This document shows positions 37,384 to 46,744 of a stretch of 64,000 nt of DNA, piece after piece; position 1 is the stretch's first letter, and each line of letters opens with the position of its first letter. A model generated the notes under the pieces. That model made no database searches, had not been told where the DNA came from, and saw only the letters and a program-made list of their open reading frames with translations. Source of the stretch: Clostridia bacterium (lineage in GTDB: Bacteria > Bacillota > Clostridia > Oscillospirales > CAG-272); NCBI GenBank assembly GCA_017517035.1, contig JAFXAN010000121.1, positions 95,619 through 159,618 on the forward strand, in the 5' to 3' direction. A program made the translations under genes and the position numbers.

Positions 37384-37723
37384 AAACAGTAATTTGTCGA
37401 ACTGTTTATTATACCCCAATGCTATCGCATTGCCCTACGGGTTCGACTACGCCTTACGGCTTCGCTCAGGGTGACTGCTATGGGTTTATTATACTTTAGC
37501 GTTCGTAGATTCTTCGCTACGCTCAGAATGACTCGAGAGTAAATTGATGCTAAGTTTTTCTACATAAAAATTCCGTAAAATTTCCGTAGAAACACAGATA
37601 AACAACAATAAAAATTTCCTTTTTCAAAGTTTTGATCGACCTTTTTTAAAAGGTCGCGCGAGCCGACGGCGGCGTCGGTCGCCTCCGCAGAGGCGAAACT
37701 CCCTCCCCGACAAATTACTGTTT
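37384..37723. mobile_element. MITE-like intergenic element, copy C (longest)
   Basis: AAACAGTAATTTGTCGAACTG ... CCCCGACAAATTACTGTTT. It combines modules found in copies A and B. Confidence 0.65.
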
Positions 37724-37763
37724 GATTATTCTCTACCTCTAAAAAAATGTCCAAAATTTCGAC

Positions 37764-37795
37764 AAAAAAAGCGTCCACGGCAAAGCCGTGGACGC
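37764..37795 (-). terminator. rho-independent terminator after the MDR dehydrogenase gene
   Basis: GCGTCCACGG / CCGTGGACGC stem followed by a 7-T run on the reverse strand. Confidence 0.75.
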
Positions 37796-37803
37796 AAATT
37801 ATT

Positions 37804-38820
37804 TTATAGCATTCTCCAATCAAACTGAACAAACTGTGGGAATTTTTTATCAAATGCAAGTCTATTATAAACTTCACCGCACTCATTGGGGGAATGGACT
37901 TCGTCCACAAGCGAATCTATATCAAGTCTTCCGAGAGCAATGAGATCAAGAACTGTACGCATATCATCAAGGGTAGTAAAATATCCCGGATGTGACTCAT
38001 TTTGTGGGCGTGCCATGGTATGAGCACCGATAAGAGTGATACCGGGGCCATGAACCTTTCTGTAATAGTCGACGGTGAAGTCGCTGTTTCTTGTGCAGCC
38101 CAGAAGAGCAACTCTTCCAAATCTCGCCATGCAATCAAGAGCTTGGTTCAGCCCTTCGCCTACGCCTGTGACCTCGATTGCCACCTTAACACCGCCTGTA
38201 AGTGCTTTAATTTCATCAACAAAGCTCGGTTCATACGGATCAAAAGCATAATCAGCCCCGAATTTCAATGCCTTTTCCCTTCTTTCCTTTACAGGATCAA
38301 CTGCGATGACCGGCGTTGCACCTGCTGCACGGAGAAGTCCGATCGCAAGAATGCCCAGAGGTCCAAGTCCCATGACCATTGCGCTTTCACCGATCTCCAG
38401 CCTTGTTTTTCTGATGGCTGCCAGCGGAAATGCCGCAATATGAGCTACCGATGCCGCTGCAAAGCTTATATTTTCGCTTTTTATCTTAACCAAACCGTTT
38501 GTGCCAACTACATTATGTGATCTGTGGGTTGTCCAGCACATTGCAACTCTGTCTCCCACCTCAAAGCCCTTGACTTCGCTTCCTGTTTCAACAACGATTC
38601 CGGATGTGCTATATCCAAGTCTTCTCGGAAAAACTGCAGGAGCACCATCTTTCACATTGATTCCAATGGTAGGATCTCCTGTCAGATTTGCCCGTTCTGT
38701 GCCGTTGCTTATGGTACTGAAAACAGTTTTGACCTTAACTCTATCAGGCTCCATCCTCATTTCATTCACTTCATGAAGCTGCGCTACATTGGGTTCTGTA
38801 AAAACTATCTGCTTATCCAT
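37804..38820 (-). CDS. medium-chain dehydrogenase/reductase (alcohol/polyol dehydrogenase-like), apparently without catalytic Zn ligands
   Basis: 338 aa with GroES-like and Rossmann domains (VMGLGPLGILAIGLL). GYS replaces the usual GHE, and no Cys is present in the N-terminal CGxCxSD position. Confidence 0.7.
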   Translation of the reverse strand: MDKQIVFTEPNVAQLHEVNEMRMEPDRVKVKTVFSTISNGTERANLTGDPTIGINVKDGAPAVFPRRLGYSTSGIVVETGSEVKGFEVGDRVAMCWTTHRSHNVVGTNGLVKIKSENISFAAASVAHIAAFPLAAIRKTRLEIGESAMVMGLGPLGILAIGLLRAAGATPVIAVDPVKERREKALKFGADYAFDPYEPSFVDEIKALTGGVKVAIEVTGVGEGLNQALDCMARFGRVALLGCTRNSDFTVDYYRKVHGPGITLIGAHTMARPQNESHPGYFTTLDDMRTVLDLIALGRLDIDSLVDEVHSPNECGEVYNRLAFDKKFPQFVQFDWRML

Positions 38821-38924
38821 AAAAATTCTCCTTTTCTTTGATAAAATTATTATACCGTATTGAAATTAAAAATAAAATATGCTATACTGTAATAAAACAC
38901 CACTATTCTGCGTGTGGAGGGCTT

Positions 38925-39674
38925 ATGAACATTGAAAATTTCATTAAAAATCTCAGCATGACTCTTTACAAGAAAATAAATCTGTATTCCGCAGGTCCTG
39001 AGATCGTTTTTAATAAACCTTGTATAGGTTATATAAAAAAAGGTTATGCAAAGTTTTTTTATAAAGGAAAAACAAGCTTTGCATACGAAGGTGACCTGAT
39101 CTATATTGCTCTCGGAACTAAATATCAATCGGTTTGGTTTGGAGATCCTGATGTGGAATGGTATTCAATAAGCTTCGACTTTACATCAAAAAATGCCTTT
39201 TCCGAATACCCTTTTCAAATTCTGAGAAACTATCCCTCGGAAACACTTGATAAAATGTTTGAAGCATACGAAAAAGAGCCTCTTCTATCAATTTCATATT
39301 TTTATATGCTTCTGAATGATATCTTCCAAAAGATGAAAAAGATCAAGAAAAATCCTGTTCAAAGCAAGATCGAAAAAGCTATTGAGCATATTGAAAATAA
39401 TTATGCAGATCAGATAAGCATTGAATATCTTGCAAGTATATGCTATATGAGCGAGTCATCTTTTTTCAAGGCTTTTAAGAGAGCAACGGGGGTTACGCCT
39501 ATCGCTTATAAGCACAACATAATGATCCAGACAGCAATCGAAATGCTCTCCGGCGGAAACATATCCATCGAAGAGGTCAGCACACTTTGCGGTTTTTCAT
39601 CCTCTAATTATTTCAGAAGAATATTCATAAGACTTACAGGAAAAACGCCGAAAGAAATAAGAAAAAACATTTGA
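38925..39674 (+). CDS. AraC family transcriptional regulator
   Basis: The start MNIENF at 38925 (GGAGGG upstream) is preferred over the track start at 38838. C-terminal HTH_18 present. Confidence 0.8.
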   Translation: MNIENFIKNLSMTLYKKINLYSAGPEIVFNKPCIGYIKKGYAKFFYKGKTSFAYEGDLIYIALGTKYQSVWFGDPDVEWYSISFDFTSKNAFSEYPFQILRNYPSETLDKMFEAYEKEPLLSISYFYMLLNDIFQKMKKIKKNPVQSKIEKAIEHIENNYADQISIEYLASICYMSESSFFKAFKRATGVTPIAYKHNIMIQTAIEMLSGGNISIEEVSTLCGFSSSNYFRRIFIRLTGKTPKEIRKNI

Positions 39675-39726
39675 AAGAGTCATGTTAACCACATATAAGC
39701 CTTCAAGGGATAAATTATAAATAAAT

Positions 39727-39758
39727 CAAAAAAGTGGCTGAAATCAGCCACTTTTTTC
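39727..39758. terminator. bidirectional terminator between araC (38925-39674) and yebC
   Basis: AAAAGTGGCTG / CAGCCACTTTT stem with an A-run on one side and a T-run on the other. Confidence 0.75.
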
Positions 39759-39763
39759 TCGAT

Positions 39764-40489
39764 TTAATCGCAGTTTTCGCAGTTGTGGAAAACCTCTTGA
39801 ACATCGTCATTATCCTCAAGGTGCTCAAGAAGAAGATTCATCTTCTTTATATCATCTTCACTCTCAAGTGTAACATAATTTGACGGTATCATGCTCTCCT
39901 CTGCACTCTCGATGGTATATCCTGCATTTTCAAGTGCTTCTCTTACCGCACCGAGGTCGTCGGTTTCGGTATATATCTCGAAAACCTCATCCTCCGCAAC
40001 AAAGTCTGAAGCTCCTGCTTCAAGAGCAGCCTCCATCAGAGCATCCTCGTCAACATCCTCACGCATGATGATGATAACTCCTTTTTCCTCGAACATATAG
40101 CTTACACAGCCTGTCTGACCGAGATTTCCGCCAAACTTATCAAAATAGTGACGAACCTCGGAAGCAGTTCTGTTTCTGTTATCGGTTGTAGTATTTACGA
40201 TAACTGCAACTCCTGCGGGACCATAGCCCTCATAACGAAGCTCCTCATATTCAACATCAGTCTGACCTGCTGCCTTTTTGATGGTTCTCTCGATATTATC
40301 GTTTGGAACATTATTTGCCTTTGCCTTTGCGATAAGGTCACGAAGCTTTGAGTTCGAAGCAGGATCCGGACCGCCTGCTTTAATTGCAATGATCATTTCC
40401 TTACCGATTTTTGTGAATATTTTCGCCTTTTGGGCATCGGTCTTTTCCTTTTTGTGCTTGATATTATTCCATTTACTATGTCCTGACAT
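39764..40489 (-). CDS. yebC: YebC/PmpR family DNA-binding transcriptional regulator
   Basis: MSGHSKWNNIKHKKEKTDAQKAKIFTK is the hallmark N-terminus of this family; 241 aa. Confidence 0.9.
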   Translation of the reverse strand: MSGHSKWNNIKHKKEKTDAQKAKIFTKIGKEMIIAIKAGGPDPASNSKLRDLIAKAKANNVPNDNIERTIKKAAGQTDVEYEELRYEGYGPAGVAVIVNTTTDNRNRTASEVRHYFDKFGGNLGQTGCVSYMFEEKGVIIIMREDVDEDALMEAALEAGASDFVAEDEVFEIYTETDDLGAVREALENAGYTIESAEESMIPSNYVTLESEDDIKKMNLLLEHLEDNDDVQEVFHNCENCD

Positions 40490-40502
40490 CTTTATTACCT
40501 CT

Positions 40503-42206
40503 TTATATTTTTTCGGTTTTCTTTAAGCAGATAAGAGAGAAAGCATTTCCGAGAACGGTATTAACCGCCTTTGTTATTCTGATTCTCGTCCGACGGACTT
40601 CCTCATCCTCGGCAGAGAGGATCTGACAGTTATGATAGAACTGATTGAATGCAACCGCAACATCAAGAATATATCTTGTGACGATTGAAGGCTCATATGC
40701 TTCAATGGCTTCAATAACCTTTTCCTCAAATTTTGAAAGAACAGAAACAAGAGCTCTTTCCTCTGCGGCTGTTATCTTGTTTTCGCCATCAACAAGCTCG
40801 CTCTTCTGAAGAACCGAGCAGGTTCTTGCATAGGTATACTGAACATAAGGGCCTGTATTTCCGTCAAAGCTCAGTGCATCCTCCATTATGAAGTTGATAT
40901 CACGCATTCTGTTATTTGAAAGATAATAGAAAATTATCGCACCGACACCAACATCCTCCGCAACATGTTTCTTATTTTCAAGATTCGGGTTCTTTTCGTC
41001 GATTATGTCTGTAACCTTCTCGATTGCCTGTGCAAACAGATCACGGAGAAGGATAACATTTCCTGTTCTTGTTGCAAGCTTTGCTCCGTTGATGGAAACC
41101 GTTCCGTAAGGAACATGAACGAGCTGATCATACCAATCATAGCCCATAAGCTCAACGACCTTGAACCACTGTGCAAAATGGAGGCTCTGTCCTGCTGAAG
41201 TTACATATATTGCCTTATCAAATTTATACTCATTTTTTCTGTAAACTGCCGCAGCAATATCACGGGTGGGATAAAGAGTTGAACCGTCACGCTTAAGAAT
41301 AAGGCATGGAGGCATATTATATTCCTCAAGGTCAACGATGGACGCACCGTCGTCGATTTTCAGAAGTCCGCTGTCACGGAGCTTCTGCACCTGCGCAGGC
41401 ATTTTATCGGTATAGAAGCTTTCGCCCTTATAGCTGTCAAATTCTATATCGAGAAGCTTATATGTCTGCTTATATTCAGCAAGGCTGACATCAACAAACC
41501 AACGCCAGAGAGCAAGATTTTCCTCATCTCCATGCTCGAGCTTTGTAAATTCGGCTCTTGCCTCGTCCTCAAGAGATTTATCCTTTTCAGCCTCGTTGTG
41601 GAATTTTACATAAAGCTCAACGAGATTATCAACTCCGCCCTCTTCAACCTCACTTTTGCTTCCCCATTTGCGGTATGCAACGATGAGCTTTCCGAACTGA
41701 GTTCCCCAGTCACCGAGATAGTTGATTCCAACGCACTCATATCCGGCAAATTCATGAAGCTTTTTAAGCGAATGACCGATAACGGTAGTGCCAAGATGGC
41801 CTATATGGAATGGCTTTGCAACATTTGGTGAAGAATAATCGAGTACAACAGTCTTTCCCTTTCCAAACTCGGGAGCACCGAATTTTTCACCTTTTTCGAT
41901 AGCGGTCATAACGCAATCGGAATAAAATTTATCTCCTATATACATATTGAGATAGCCGTTTACAGCTTCGACCTTTGCAAGAAGCTCACATTCGAGAGCA
42001 GATGCAAGAACTTCAGCAATCTGCACGGGTGAACGGCGAAGAGATTTGCTGAGCTTGAAGCAAGGAAGTGCAAGATCGCCCATTGCCGCATCGGGAGGAT
42101 ATTCAAGCATATCCGCAATATTTGCCGCATCAAGTCCCGATTCGGAACTTATGGAATTAATGCCGCAGAGAAGCTTTTCTGCAAGTATCTTTTTAAGTTT
42201 TAGCAT
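40503..42206 (-). CDS. argS: arginine--tRNA ligase
   Basis: 567 aa with a class I HIGH-type motif (PNVAKPFHIGHL) and an ArgRS N-terminal and anticodon-binding layout. Confidence 0.9.
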   Translation of the reverse strand: MLKLKKILAEKLLCGINSISSESGLDAANIADMLEYPPDAAMGDLALPCFKLSKSLRRSPVQIAEVLASALECELLAKVEAVNGYLNMYIGDKFYSDCVMTAIEKGEKFGAPEFGKGKTVVLDYSSPNVAKPFHIGHLGTTVIGHSLKKLHEFAGYECVGINYLGDWGTQFGKLIVAYRKWGSKSEVEEGGVDNLVELYVKFHNEAEKDKSLEDEARAEFTKLEHGDEENLALWRWFVDVSLAEYKQTYKLLDIEFDSYKGESFYTDKMPAQVQKLRDSGLLKIDDGASIVDLEEYNMPPCLILKRDGSTLYPTRDIAAAVYRKNEYKFDKAIYVTSAGQSLHFAQWFKVVELMGYDWYDQLVHVPYGTVSINGAKLATRTGNVILLRDLFAQAIEKVTDIIDEKNPNLENKKHVAEDVGVGAIIFYYLSNNRMRDINFIMEDALSFDGNTGPYVQYTYARTCSVLQKSELVDGENKITAAEERALVSVLSKFEEKVIEAIEAYEPSIVTRYILDVAVAFNQFYHNCQILSAEDEEVRRTRIRITKAVNTVLGNAFSLICLKKTEKI

Positions 42207-42253
42207 ATTTGTCCTTTCAAAGCGTTTATTTTCTCATTTTACAACAACTAAAT

Positions 42254-42282
42254 ATTATACTACTTAATTTCATTTTTTTCAA
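42254..42282 (-). promoter_or_regulatory. promoter of argS
   Basis: On the reverse strand: TTGAAA (42277-42282), 17-nt spacer, TATAAT (42254-42259). This leaves a leader of only ~40 nt. Confidence 0.6.
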
Positions 42283-42292
42283 GTGCTTTTTA

Positions 42293-42421
42293 TTATTTTC
42301 TTCCTCTTCCCGAAAAAACGAGGAAAATTATCGCCACCAAACAAGCGATACCGACAGCCCCCACAAGTATTGGATTGAAGCCATCACCCGTATTGGGACT
42401 TATAAAAATCGGATCAAGCAT
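42293..42421 (-). CDS. 42-aa mini-protein consisting of a sortase-type sorting signal (SPNTG + TM + RGRK)
   Basis: Below the ORF-track cutoff. ATG at 42419-42421 follows GAGGTGA with 7-nt spacing, inside the ybaK 3' end. Translation: MLDPIFISPNTGDGFNPILVGAVGIACLVAIIFLVFSGRGRK. An in-frame stop lies 2 codons upstream of the ATG. Confidence 0.35.
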   Translation of the reverse strand: MLDPIFISPNTGDGFNPILVGAVGIACLVAIIFLVFSGRGRK

Positions 42422-42896
42422 CCCGTGTCACCTCGCAGATCTTTCCATCAACAAAAGGCACAAGCTCCTTTGGCGAAAGAAGAAGCTGGGCGCCCTTCAT
42501 GCCTCCGCTCACTGTGATTTTTTCAAAAATCTCTGCACTTTTGTCGATATATGTGGGAAATTTCTTTTTCATTCCGACGGGAGAGCAAGCGCCTCTTACA
42601 TATCCTGTAAGAGCAAGCAGATCCTTCACATGAACCATTTCGATCTTCTTGTTTCCGGTAACCGATGCAGCCTTTTTCAGGTCTATCTCACGGCATGACG
42701 GAATGCAGAAAACAACATATCCTGTTTTATCACCGTGAGCAACGAGTGTTTTAAACACAATTTCGGGCGCAAGTCCTATCTGCTCTGCAATATGAGTTCC
42801 CGTCAGATCATTCTCATCGGGGATATATTCTTTTATCTCATATGCGATCTTTGCAGCATCAAGCAAGCGCATAGCATTTGTCTTATTTTTTATCAT
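42414..42896 (-). CDS. ybaK: Cys-tRNA(Pro)/Cys-tRNA(Cys) deacylase YbaK
   Basis: 160 aa. The N-terminus TNAMRLLDAAKIAYE and the YbaK/EbsC domain layout are present. It overlaps recN by 4 nt. Confidence 0.8.
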   Translation of the reverse strand: MIKNKTNAMRLLDAAKIAYEIKEYIPDENDLTGTHIAEQIGLAPEIVFKTLVAHGDKTGYVVFCIPSCREIDLKKAASVTGNKKIEMVHVKDLLALTGYVRGACSPVGMKKKFPTYIDKSAEIFEKITVSGGMKGAQLLLSPKELVPFVDGKICEVTRDA

Positions 42897-44575
42897 AAAA
42901 GAGATTCCCCTTCTCTGATCATTTCATATGCCGCCCTTCTCTGGGTTTCTGTTACCTCGATTCCGCCAAGTATTCTTGCATTTTCCTCGACCCTTCCCTC
43001 TCCGTCAAGAAGTCGCAGCTCGGTAAATGCACGCCCCTCATTCTCTGTCTTTACGATCTTAAAATGATTATCGGCAAGTGATGCGATCTGTGCGCTGTGT
43101 GTAACGCAAATAACTTGGATGCCCTTTGATATGGATTTCAGCTTTATGCCGACCTTGCGAGATGTTCCTCCCGAAATACCCGTATCAATTTCATCAAAGA
43201 TCAAGGTGTCGATCGAATCCTTATCAGCAAGAACGCTTTTCATTGCAAGCATTATTCTTGAAAGCTCACCGCCCGAAGCGATCTTTATCATGGGCTTAAG
43301 CGGTTCACCCGCATTTGTGGCAACAAGAAATTCAACATCGTCAAAACCGTTTGCTCTCGGCTCTGTTGGAGCTATGCTCACATCAAAGCGAACCTTCGGC
43401 ATATCAAGGAAAACAAGAACATCCATAATCCTGTCTCGAAGAACAGAAGCTGCATTTTTTCTTGTTTTTCGCAAAGCATCGGCTTTTTCTGCCATCTGCT
43501 TTTTTATCATCTCAAGCTTTTCTTTATACTCAGCGATTTTATCATCCGACTGCTCGATCATATCGAGCTTTTCGGAAATTTCATTTCTGAATGCAAGAAT
43601 TTCTGAAATCGTAGAGCCGTATTTTCTCTTCAGCTTTGCAATGGCATCAAGTCTGCCCTCGATTTTATTGAGACGAGCGGTTGGATCGCCTTCAAATCCG
43701 TCCGAGGAAAAGCCCTCGACTGTCATTGCGATGTCCTCGATCTCATATCTGTAATTTTTAAGCTTTTCTGCAAGAGAAGCCGCCTCGGGGATAACATCGG
43801 ATATCGAAAGCACCGATTGCGCCGCCCTGTCAAGCAGATATGTTACCGAAGCGCTTTTTTCGCTTGAATGAAGAACACGATATGCAAAGGATGTCTGCTT
43901 CTGGATCTTTTCAAGATTCCGAAGTCTTGAGCATTCCGCCTCAAGCTTCTCCTCCTCGCCTTCCTTCAGGCGCAGAGCATCAATTTCCCCGATCTGAAAA
44001 CGGTATATTTCAATGAGGCGATTTTTTTCTTTATCTCCGCTCTCAAGATTTTCAAGCTTTCCCTTGATATCGGTATATTCCTCGTAGCTTTTCTTATAAT
44101 CATCAAGAGCAATTCCGTTTTCCGCAAAAGAATCAAGAAGATTTATATGACTTGACTTTGTGAGAAAAAGAAGGCTATCATTCTGCCCATGAATATTGAT
44201 AAGTGAAGAGGCTATTTCCTTTTGAACGGCTGCGGTAATGGTTCTTCCATTAAGCTTGACCGTTGATCTTCCATCCTCCGTTATGCTCTTTTGAAGCATA
44301 AGAGCACCGTCCTCATCAGCTTCAAGACCAAGCTCTGCAAGCTTTTCAAGAGCAGATGACGAAAGGTCTGTGAAAACACCGCAAACCGTTGCTTTTTTCT
44401 CGCCTGTCCTTATTAGCTCACGCTGAAGCTTACCGCCCATAAGCATATTTATACTATCTATGATTATGGATTTTCCGGCACCTGTTTCACCCGTAAGGGC
44501 AGTAAATCCCTTTGAAAGATCAACATCAAGTTTTTTTATTACTGCAATATTTTCTATATGTAGTGAAGAAAGCAT
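42893..44575 (-). CDS. recN: DNA repair protein RecN
   Basis: 560 aa. MLSSLHIENIAVIKKLDV..LTGETGAGKS is the Walker A, followed by a long coiled coil and a C-terminal ASGGELSR signature. Confidence 0.9.
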   Translation of the reverse strand: MLSSLHIENIAVIKKLDVDLSKGFTALTGETGAGKSIIIDSINMLMGGKLQRELIRTGEKKATVCGVFTDLSSSALEKLAELGLEADEDGALMLQKSITEDGRSTVKLNGRTITAAVQKEIASSLINIHGQNDSLLFLTKSSHINLLDSFAENGIALDDYKKSYEEYTDIKGKLENLESGDKEKNRLIEIYRFQIGEIDALRLKEGEEEKLEAECSRLRNLEKIQKQTSFAYRVLHSSEKSASVTYLLDRAAQSVLSISDVIPEAASLAEKLKNYRYEIEDIAMTVEGFSSDGFEGDPTARLNKIEGRLDAIAKLKRKYGSTISEILAFRNEISEKLDMIEQSDDKIAEYKEKLEMIKKQMAEKADALRKTRKNAASVLRDRIMDVLVFLDMPKVRFDVSIAPTEPRANGFDDVEFLVATNAGEPLKPMIKIASGGELSRIMLAMKSVLADKDSIDTLIFDEIDTGISGGTSRKVGIKLKSISKGIQVICVTHSAQIASLADNHFKIVKTENEGRAFTELRLLDGEGRVEENARILGGIEVTETQRRAAYEMIREGESLL

Positions 44576-44584
44576 TTTCGCTCC

Positions 44585-45040
44585 TTAAATCACGCGCATT
44601 ATCGTTTTTACCTGGTCACAGATTCCGTTGGCAATTTCCTTTGCTCTTGTTACGATGAGAATCGTGTCATCTCCCGCAACGCTTCCGAGAATATCGGAAT
44701 GTCTTATATTGTCGATTCCGATCGCAACCGCATTTGCCATTCCGGGATATGTTCTGACAACAACAATATTTTCACCGACCTCAACACTGAGAATCGAAGC
44801 CGCAAAAGCTGCATTAAAATCGGCACCGCTCACATTTTCACCGGTTATAGGACGAATATAGCGATATTTGCCCTTGTTTGTCTGAGTCTTTGTGAGCTTA
44901 AGCTCCTTGATATCTCTTGAAGCTGTCGCCTGGGTAACATCAAAGCCCTCGATCTTCAGCTTCTCAATAAGCTCATCCTGTGTTTCGATCTCATATCTTA
45001 AAATAAGCTCCAGAATTTTTTCCTGTCTTGCAGATTTCAT
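44585..45040 (-). CDS. argR: arginine repressor
   Basis: 151 aa. RQEKILELI...QATASRDIKEL is the winged helix, and GDDTILIV is in the C-terminal oligomerisation domain. Confidence 0.9.
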   Translation of the reverse strand: MKSARQEKILELILRYEIETQDELIEKLKIEGFDVTQATASRDIKELKLTKTQTNKGKYRYIRPITGENVSGADFNAAFAASILSVEVGENIVVVRTYPGMANAVAIGIDNIRHSDILGSVAGDDTILIVTRAKEIANGICDQVKTIMRVI

Positions 45041-45071
45041 TTTATATTTTTCCTTTCAATAATTATCATTT

Positions 45072-45956
45072 TCAAATATGCATTTTTGAATGAAGCGTAT
45101 TATAAAATCCTCTTTCCTTCAGCTTTATAAGCTTTGCAACAGATTCGGAACGCTTTATTTTTACAGTGTCGCCCTTATATATCTCGAAATTGACCTTACC
45201 GTCAAGCGTGAGAAATAGATTTTTTTCTCTTTCACATATATTTCTCACGGAAAGCACAGCATCATCCGAAAAAACGATCGGTCTTGCCGCAAGATTATGT
45301 GAGCATATCGGCGTTACGCATATACATTTCATTGTGGGATCTATAACAGGTCCGCCTGCCGACATTGAATATGCCGTTGAACCGGTTGGTGTTGAAAAGA
45401 TAAGTCCGTCGGCTCTGTAGGTCGTTACAAGCGCATCCCTCTCGGACAGCTCAAGATCGACCATTCTCGCAACAGATCCGTTGGAAATCACCGCATCATT
45501 GAGAGCAGAAGCTCGGTTCACAAGCTGTTTACCCTTTCTGTAAACAGAAACATCAAGCATAGATCTTTCTTCTATTCTGTAATTCCCTTCAAAAAGCTTC
45601 GATAACATATCAAGCTCGTCAGCTTCCATTTCCGCCATATATCCAAGCCTTCCAAGATTGATTCCGAGAATCGGAATGCCGGAGGAAAGGCAATATCTTG
45701 CGGCAGACAAAATCGAACCGTCACCGCCAAGAACGATAATAACATCCATCTCACGGTAAAGAGCGGAATTTGGTATAAAGGTCAGCCTTGAAGCAAGAGC
45801 TTCATTTTGCTTTATTTTTTCCATCATAAGCTCGCTTGCAAAAAGCGAGCATGGATATTTTGAAAGGAATGCCGAGACTCTCGTTGCCGCTTCGGATTTT
45901 TCCCTTATATTGAAATTTGTAACAAGTCCGATCTTTTTTAGGCTCATTAATATCAT
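45072..45956 (-). CDS. nadK: NAD kinase
   Basis: GGDGS motif (VLGGDGSIL) and STPTGSTAYSMSAGGP block. Its start overlaps the tlyA stop (ATGA). Confidence 0.9.
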   Translation of the reverse strand: MILMSLKKIGLVTNFNIREKSEAATRVSAFLSKYPCSLFASELMMEKIKQNEALASRLTFIPNSALYREMDVIIVLGGDGSILSAARYCLSSGIPILGINLGRLGYMAEMEADELDMLSKLFEGNYRIEERSMLDVSVYRKGKQLVNRASALNDAVISNGSVARMVDLELSERDALVTTYRADGLIFSTPTGSTAYSMSAGGPVIDPTMKCICVTPICSHNLAARPIVFSDDAVLSVRNICEREKNLFLTLDGKVNFEIYKGDTVKIKRSESVAKLIKLKERGFYNTLHSKMHI

Positions 45957-46744
45957 CCCTTTCCTTCATTTTTAACAAGAGCATGGATCATTGCCCTGTC
46001 TATCTTTTTTTCGCTTGCATTTTTTCTGAAAAGTGCAAGATATTCGATATTCCCGTCGCCGCCGTCAATGGGAGAGCGCATAACATCAAAGCAAAAAAGT
46101 CCGCACCTCTCGGCACTTTCGATGACCCTTATTATTGATGCCTCTCTATCCTCTTTTTTCTTCACGATTCCGCCCTTTCCGATGGCGGCTCTGCCCGCTT
46201 CAAACTGTGGTTTTATTAGAGAAATAAGTATACCGTCATTTGAAAGCACATCGAAAATACCTTGATGAATATATGTCTGCGATATAAATGACACATCCAT
46301 CACAGCCATTTCTATCTCTTCAGGGAAATCTTTTTTACTGAGATTCCTTGCGTTATATCCCTCGATATTGACAACTTTTTCACTCGACAGCAGAGATCCA
46401 TCAAGCTGTCCATGCCCTGAATCCACAGCATAAACCTTTTTTGCGCCTCGTTTGAGAAGCAGATCGGTAAAACCACCGGTTGAAGCTCCGATATCAATAC
46501 AAACCTTGTCCTTCGGTTCGACGAAGAACTTATCAAGTGCTCCCTCAAGCTTAAGCGCACCTCTGCAAACATATTTTTCTTTTATAACATCAACAGCATG
46601 GTCGGCATTTTCATCCACCATCTCGGATGACTTTTGCAAAACTCTGCCGTCAAGGGTGACCTTTCCACCCTCGATAAGCTCCTTTGCCTGACTTCTGCTT
46701 TTGACATATCCATTTTGTGCGAGATAAACATCAACTCTTATCAT
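45953..46744 (-). CDS. tlyA: TlyA family rRNA (cytidine-2'-O)-methyltransferase
   Basis: N-terminal S4 domain (RVDVYLAQNGYVKSRSQAKELI) and FtsJ-like DIGASTGGFTD motif. Confidence 0.85.
   Translation of the reverse strand: MIRVDVYLAQNGYVKSRSQAKELIEGGKVTLDGRVLQKSSEMVDENADHAVDVIKEKYVCRGALKLEGALDKFFVEPKDKVCIDIGASTGGFTDLLLKRGAKKVYAVDSGHGQLDGSLLSSEKVVNIEGYNARNLSKKDFPEEIEMAVMDVSFISQTYIHQGIFDVLSNDGILISLIKPQFEAGRAAIGKGGIVKKKEDREASIIRVIESAERCGLFCFDVMRSPIDGGDGNIEYLALFRKNASEKKIDRAMIHALVKNEGKG

Noticed and set aside
37560-37910. 116-aa minus-strand ORF
   Set aside because: It starts inside the dehydrogenase gene in another frame and reads through the terminator and MITE copy C. It is a repeat-derived artefact.
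42207-42292. Possible T-box leader upstream of argS
   Set aside because: A TTGAAA-17-TATAAT promoter at 42254-42282 leaves only ~40 nt of leader. That is too short for a T-box, and no specifier or T-box sequence was seen.
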